A model generated the notes under the pieces. It saw nothing but the letters and a program-made list of their open reading frames with translations, did no database searches and had not been told where the DNA came from. The position numbers and the translations under genes are program-made. A stretch of DNA of 64,000 nucleotides, taken from the IMG/VR virus record IMGVR_UViG_3300036766_002286. One strand, written 5' to 3'. Source of the stretch: a virus (Duplodnaviria > Caudoviricetes). Shown one piece after another: positions 59,313 through 64,000 of this stretch; position 1 is the first letter of the stretch; each line of letters starts with the position of its first letter.

Positions 59313-59641
59313 GTAACAGCAATCTCTCAAACCATAAACCATCCTTCAATGCTTCTCAACCAACCGGTTGCATTCCAGAGCAACTTATAGCAGCATATAT
59401 CGAACGTGTACTCAAACACATTACACTTGAACTTCTAGATGACGGCACTTGGTTTGCTATGACTCCATTAATTACAGATGTTTGGGGCGCTGGGACAAAT
59501 TCAGCCGCAGCCGAAGCTGACCTTCGTGAAGTCTTAGAAGAGTGGATTTTTATGACCCTAAGTGACTATAATAGTGAGGTACCAGTAATAGATGGCATGG
59601 ACCTAAATGTAATCAGGCTAGCAAGCTCACCTGGCCAGTAA
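59309..59641 (+). CDS. HicB-family antitoxin-like protein (orphan)
   Basis: AAYIE...ELLDDGTWFA..P....WGAG....A..DLREVLEEWI...VPVIDGMDL. Confidence 0.75.
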   Translation: MSNSNLSNHKPSFNASQPTGCIPEQLIAAYIERVLKHITLELLDDGTWFAMTPLITDVWGAGTNSAAAEADLREVLEEWIFMTLSDYNSEVPVIDGMDLNVIRLASSPGQ

Positions 59642-59737
59642 ATATTTAATTTCAATGCCATGCAACAAAGCCTGTAGTACTTGCAGTTGTAGAATTTGCC
59701 ATTACAGTAATAATATAGTTATTGAAGGAGAAGTGCA

Positions 59738-60388
59738 ATGAAACCCAATGTAAAATATACTGACCGCTATGGTAATTCCCAAGAATTACAATGGAACAAG
59801 TCATGGGAAGGTATAGATTTGGCCGGAGCTGACTTAAGAAACGTTAATTTGCGTGGTGCCGACCTGTCTGGCGCAAATTTACGTGAGGCCAATTTGCAGC
59901 ATGCGAACCTATACAGTGCTCGTTTACAAAAGACTGATCTGCAGCATGCTAATCTATCTGATACCGACCTGCGGAGTGTTTATATGCACAGTGCTGATCT
60001 AAAAGGCGCTAATTTAAGCGGAGCAAACACCGCCGGTGCTAATTTGGCTTTTGCTAACTTGCAAGGTGTTACTTTACATCCCAACAGTTTAAATGGCGTT
60101 ACCCTAGGTGGAGCTAATTTGACTAATATTAATCTATCTGGTATTGATTTGCGTTACACTAATTTTTTTGGTGCTTGTCTGGCTGGCGCTGATTTATCTA
60201 ACACCGAGTTGCTCGCCACTGACCTGACTAACGCTGATTTGACTGACGCTAATCTTTACGGTGCTAATTTAGAAGGCGCTAATCTGGGCAATGCCATACT
60301 ATCTATCAAACAACAAACCGAGTGCATCGGGTATAATCTAGCTTTACGGATAGACAAGTCACAGGTAAATTGCGGTTGTGATGAATAG
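59738..60388 (+). CDS. Pentapeptide repeat protein (PRP26)
   Basis: KPNVKYTDRYGNSQELQWNKSW cap; QQTECIGY; promoter 59681-59709. Confidence 0.93.
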   Translation: MKPNVKYTDRYGNSQELQWNKSWEGIDLAGADLRNVNLRGADLSGANLREANLQHANLYSARLQKTDLQHANLSDTDLRSVYMHSADLKGANLSGANTAGANLAFANLQGVTLHPNSLNGVTLGGANLTNINLSGIDLRYTNFFGACLAGADLSNTELLATDLTNADLTDANLYGANLEGANLGNAILSIKQQTECIGYNLALRIDKSQVNCGCDE

Positions 60389-60635
60389 TTTAACAAAAGT
60401 TACAGACGGGAGGCATCAATGTAATCTTCCTTATAAAAGTTCCGAGTATCCCAAGGGCGAGTATGGATACGCAGGTGATATTTACCAGTGCGAGTGTGGT
60501 ATCTACTATCAAGTTAAAAGAGAAAGCGAATATGGTAGGTTAATAGAATGGAAAAAACTTTCGAAAAGCATGGTCGCCTCTATGGTAAAAGGCAAGCAAA
60601 TCACAAAGAAACTAAAAGGGCGGTCCAATGGGTAA
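60378..60635 (+). CDS. Small Cys-containing hypothetical protein
   Basis: HQC.LP...GDIYQCECG. Confidence 0.65.
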   Translation: MMNSLTKVTDGRHQCNLPYKSSEYPKGEYGYAGDIYQCECGIYYQVKRESEYGRLIEWKKLSKSMVASMVKGKQITKKLKGRSNG

Positions 60636-61044
60636 GAAAAATATAAACTATATTGATAGCCAAGGTACCAGACAAGAACTTATTTGGGGCGAATCTTGGG
60701 TAGGTAAAAACCTATCCAGTGTCGATCTATATGGCGCTGATTTACGTGAAGCTGACCTATCCAGAGCAAACCTAGCGCATGCTAATTTGTCTTGTGCCGA
60801 TCTGCAGGGTGCTGACCTGCATGTAGCTTATTTGTATGGTATTAAGCTAAAAGGAGCAAACCTACGAGACGTTAATTTGAGTGGCGCTAATTTATCACAT
60901 GCTAATCTTGTCAACGCTGACTTAACCAACGCAGAGTTGCATGGTACCAATTTATTGGGCGCTGATTTAACAAATGTCGTATTGTCTGAGCATCAAAAAG
61001 AAGTAAGCATAAATTACAGCGAAACTATAGGACAAGCTCTATGA
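60628..61044 (+). CDS. Pentapeptide repeat protein (PRP27)
   Basis: INYIDSQG.RQELIWGESW cap; repeats. Confidence 0.93.
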   Translation: MGKKNINYIDSQGTRQELIWGESWVGKNLSSVDLYGADLREADLSRANLAHANLSCADLQGADLHVAYLYGIKLKGANLRDVNLSGANLSHANLVNADLTNAELHGTNLLGADLTNVVLSEHQKEVSINYSETIGQAL

Positions 61045-61081
61045 AAATTGCAAAATTCAGTTTAACAGTACAGGCACCAAA

Positions 61082-61444
61082 ATGACCGTTCTATCAACTG
61101 GTGCAGAAAAAAGAATTACTGATGCCCTCATTAAAACGAATTTGGCGTTGGATGCAGTAATAAAAGCAAACAAGCAGCAGCTTGCAGCCAAGTCCGCGCT
61201 CCGCCTCGCAATCAAAGGTCCAACATCACTAGGCAACACGAGTATTACAGGCAAAGTCACATTAGCCAGAACAGACGGGCGTCAAGTCATAACCCCATAT
61301 AGAAGTTATTTAGCAGTTGATATTTCGTGGTTGGATTTTCTTGCCACCCAACCAGCCGCCGACTATATCCAAAAAGAGTGGGATGAAACAAAGCAAGGCG
61401 TTCTCCTTCGTTCCCCTGTTATTCGCCGCGGCAAGGAAGCATAA
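61082..61444 (+). CDS. Hypothetical protein
   Basis: ORF coupled to the next gene. Confidence 0.6.
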   Translation: MTVLSTGAEKRITDALIKTNLALDAVIKANKQQLAAKSALRLAIKGPTSLGNTSITGKVTLARTDGRQVITPYRSYLAVDISWLDFLATQPAADYIQKEWDETKQGVLLRSPVIRRGKEA

Positions 61445-61647
61445 TGACCACACCACTAATAGACCTATCGCCTCTAGTCCTTCGAGACATTTTGTCTACT
61501 TATTTGACTGAACACCCCAGGCAATCCATGTATGTGCTGCACGCAACATATATGCTGCAGCACCTCGTAGATGACAGGCAACAGTTGTAGGCCCGTGTTA
61601 CAGAATTAGAAACCGAAAACAAACAACTCAAAGGAGAAATGAAATGA
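61444..61647 (+). pseudogene. AIR-family-like gene with an in-frame TAG at 61588-61590
   Basis: ...LQHLVDDRQQL*ARVTELETENKQLKGEMK; paralog 62020 reads DDRHRLQIRVLELE. Confidence 0.75.
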
Positions 61648-61985
61648 ATGAAACACAACAAGTGACTGCTCCACCAACCGACGCAATCTTGTGTTGCCTA
61701 GAACAAGTAAGATATCCATATTCTCGTGTCAAAGAGGCAAGAACAGAGCTGCAGGCATTACAGAATGCACTCGCAGTAAAAGACGGCATGTTGCAGGTAG
61801 CGAATGCAACAGTGAAAGCGCAAAGGGCGACGATAGCGGAACAAGATGTGCGTATCGCAGAACTAGAAACCAAATGTTCGGAAGCTGCAACTATTCTTGC
61901 GAAATTTTCTTATATTCTAACAACAAAAACTAGTGTCGAAAAAACGGTCGCATTGGCTCAACTAATAAAGGAATATCATCTATGA
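61644..61985 (+). CDS. Small protein, AIR-family
   Basis: PPTDAILCCLE..ARTELQALQ..DVRIAELE. Confidence 0.8.
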   Translation: MNETQQVTAPPTDAILCCLEQVRYPYSRVKEARTELQALQNALAVKDGMLQVANATVKAQRATIAEQDVRIAELETKCSEAATILAKFSYILTTKTSVEKTVALAQLIKEYHL

Positions 61986-62019
61986 TCACCAAAAACCAAC
62001 AACTCAAAGGAGAAATGAA

Positions 62020-62280
62020 ATGAGCAATACGACCGCACCACCAACCACCGCAATTTATAAAGCTATCAAAGAGATGTGGGATCCTCGGGACAGAGAGGAT
62101 GCCGCCAACGAGATGCGGGCGTGGATAGATGACCGACATCGACTTCAAATCAGGGTTCTCGAACTAGAAAGCGCAAGAATGCTGTCTATCAGGGGGATAG
62201 GCATTCTCATTGATAAGTCAGACAACATGACTGAAGCCGAAAAAGCTGAAGCTCGCAAATTGCTTTTGGGGACGCTATGA
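62020..62280 (+). CDS. Small protein, AIR-family
   Basis: PPTTAIYKAIK..ANEMRAWIDD..RVLELE. Confidence 0.8.
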   Translation: MSNTTAPPTTAIYKAIKEMWDPRDREDAANEMRAWIDDRHRLQIRVLELESARMLSIRGIGILIDKSDNMTEAEKAEARKLLLGTL

Positions 62281-62486
62281 TAACGCCACTAACTGACCCA
62301 ATTCGAAGGGTGATTAACTGGGACGACGTTCAAGCCGAAGACGGACTTAGTGAACTCAAACTCGCAGTCGCCCATGCATGGAATGTTCCCGGATGTCAAA
62401 AGAGAGCTAAAGCTGAAGTGCAGGCATTGTTAGATGATAACCTGCAGTTACGAGCCGAAAACAAGCTACTCAAAGGAGAAAGTTAA
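62277..62486 (+). CDS. Small protein, AIR-family
   Basis: TDPIRRVI..AKAEVQALLDD..ENKLLKGES. Confidence 0.75.
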   Translation: MITPLTDPIRRVINWDDVQAEDGLSELKLAVAHAWNVPGCQKRAKAEVQALLDDNLQLRAENKLLKGES

Positions 62487-62932
62487 TGAGCAATGAAATC
62501 ACACAAGCAATCGCCGCAAGCAACCACGAAGCGCTACGCCACCCGACCATTTCAGACAGCCTTATATACGGCGCAATCAGCGACTGTATTTATTGGGTTG
62601 ATAATTCACAACTCGCGGACGAAACATCTCCCAAAGCGTGGGAGCAGTTGTGGAACTTGTTGAATTCCCGTGCAACCAAAGACGCACGAATAGCAAAACT
62701 AGAAAGGCAACTCAGACGTCCAACCGAGGCAACCAATCACGTTGCACTACTCAACGAGAGCCTTCTTATATATGACGCAAGCATCGAATGCATCAAGTTC
62801 GCTGATGGTTCAAAAGTCTGGTTCGAAACAGTCCCCAAAGCGCGTAAACAGTTGCGAGACTTGTTGGTGGTGCTAACAACGAAAGACACACGAATAGTAG
62901 AACTAGAAAAGCAGCTCAAAGGAAAAAGCTAA
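62486..62932 (+). CDS. AIR-family protein with two tandem modules
   Basis: AWEQLWNLL..TKDARIAKLE and ARKQLRDLL..TKDTRIVELE. Confidence 0.8.
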   Translation: MSNEITQAIAASNHEALRHPTISDSLIYGAISDCIYWVDNSQLADETSPKAWEQLWNLLNSRATKDARIAKLERQLRRPTEATNHVALLNESLLIYDASIECIKFADGSKVWFETVPKARKQLRDLLVVLTTKDTRIVELEKQLKGKS

Positions 62933-63231
62933 TGAGCAATGAAACCACACCACCAACCAACGCAATCCGCCGGGCAATTGAGCAAGCATGTGAAACCGGT
63001 TATGGTCCCAGACACAACGCGGACCACCAGTTGGATGCCTTGTTGGCTGCACTCAAAGAAACACAAACACTGGCTGGCAAGTTGTTGGATATGGCCACCG
63101 AAGCAGAAACGAAACTCACCATGAGGGATGCACGAATAGTAGAACTAGAAAACACCATTAAAAGGACTGAAATGGAAACAGAAAGAGAAATGGAACTTGA
63201 CGCAGAAATTGAGGCAGGGAAAGATTGGTGA
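62932..63231 (+). CDS. Small protein, AIR-family
   Basis: PPTNAIRRAIE..HQLDALL..DARIVELE. Confidence 0.8.
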   Translation: MSNETTPPTNAIRRAIEQACETGYGPRHNADHQLDALLAALKETQTLAGKLLDMATEAETKLTMRDARIVELENTIKRTEMETEREMELDAEIEAGKDW

Positions 63232-63479
63232 TGACTACGGAACTCCCACCAACCAACGCAATCCGCGAGGCTATCGAATTGGTTCAACTCGAAGATATAG
63301 AAAGTTGGCAAAAACTCGCAAACCAAGCCCCAGAGCAGTTGCAATTTTTGATAGATGACCACGCACGCGTGCAAAATCTAGTGACAGTGAACGGGGCATA
63401 TAGTGATAACCCAGAAGCGGACGCTTACTGGGACTCGTGGAGGGAATGCCATGACAACATTCAAAGAACAACTGGATAA
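63231..63479 (+). CDS. Small protein, AIR-family
   Basis: PPTNAIREAIE..EQLQFLIDD. Confidence 0.75.
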   Translation: MTTELPPTNAIREAIELVQLEDIESWQKLANQAPEQLQFLIDDHARVQNLVTVNGAYSDNPEADAYWDSWRECHDNIQRTTG

Positions 63480-63699
63480 AGATGTTAATGATGCGGTGAA
63501 CGCCTGCATCGCTGCAAATGAAACATTTGGTGCTCTTAAGTATGCAGTACGACTTAACCCGGAAACAGCCAATGGTGCTCAAGAAGATCTTGAAACTGCT
63601 CAGGCAGCAGCGTGGCACTCACAATCAGTACTCAGCAATGCAGTCTCGGCAAGGAACGAAGAAACCACCCGACTTGCACAAGGAGGTGCACCGCGATGA
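63451..63699 (+). CDS. Hypothetical helical protein
   Basis: GGAGG before ATG 63451. Confidence 0.6.
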   Translation: MTTFKEQLDKDVNDAVNACIAANETFGALKYAVRLNPETANGAQEDLETAQAAAWHSQSVLSNAVSARNEETTRLAQGGAPR

Positions 63700-63849
63700 A
63701 ATATATCTGGAGCCCAGGCAAACGCACGAATAACAGAACTAGAAAACCAACCAAAGGAGAATCAACATGAGTAAACATACCAGTAAACAAGTCTTATCTA
63801 AAATAAGAAACAATAAGTTCGCTAGGAACTACCTGGCAGGAGGCATCTA

Positions 63850-64000
63850 ATGACTGATCAAATTTGGGCCGGCATTTATAGTGATAAGCTGGCAGCTCAA
63901 AGTAAATATGACACTGCTGTTTTTGCTAAACAAGCAGCACTAGACACCGCCAACCAAGCAGATCAAGCTTGGGTTTCTGCCAAAAAAGTTCTAATTAATA
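63850..64000 (+). CDS. Partial hypothetical protein (runs off window edge)
   Basis: GGAGG SD; MTDQIWAGIYSDKLAAQSKY... is open to the end. Confidence 0.55.
   Translation, partial: MTDQIWAGIYSDKLAAQSKYDTAVFAKQAALDTANQADQAWVSAKKVLIN

Noticed and set aside
61600-63770. CRISPR array or integron attC array
   Set aside because: The repeats are irregularly spaced, lie in coding ends or SD regions and are not palindromic; no cas or intI gene is seen.
1-64000. Genome-wide stop-codon reassignment (e.g. TAG=Gln)
   Set aside because: Long genes are intact under code 11, and TAG ends genes at paralog-matched C-termini (4806, 7072, 30920).

Overview
AT-rich 64-kb window (roughly 40% GC by eye) with no rRNA, tRNA, CRISPR array, ribosomal-protein or virion-structural genes recognised. 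It looks like part of a very large mobile element (jumbo phage or giant extrachromosomal element) linked to Actinomycetota rather than an ordinary chromosome; this is inference. Main contents: (1) 27 pentapeptide-repeat protein (PRP) genes plus one remnant, 19 of them in a 12.4-kb array about 0.5 kb from an orphan actinobacterial-type topoisomerase IV/gyrase A-subunit gene, with visible recombination (an exact 360-bp duplication producing chimeric PRPs). (2) Scattered metabolic and repair genes (sucA-like E1, lat plus pcd, dNMP kinase, pth, mgtC, RusA-like, nurA-herA). (3) Three secreted FN3/Thr-rich proteins with different passenger regions sharing an unrecognised Cys2/RR C-terminal tail. (4) Two expanded families of small phage-like proteins, one with conserved DNA junctions. 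(5) A 1.25-kb cassette flanked by a 21-bp direct repeat at the herA 3' end. (6) Two promoter classes: TTGnnn-16bp-nA(C/T)AGT mostly for leadered accessory genes, and (G)CAC(A/T)AT-7nt-ATG for leaderless enzyme and surface genes. Many start codons were re-assigned relative to the ORF track using these signals. All family calls come from motif recognition by eye; no database searches were run.
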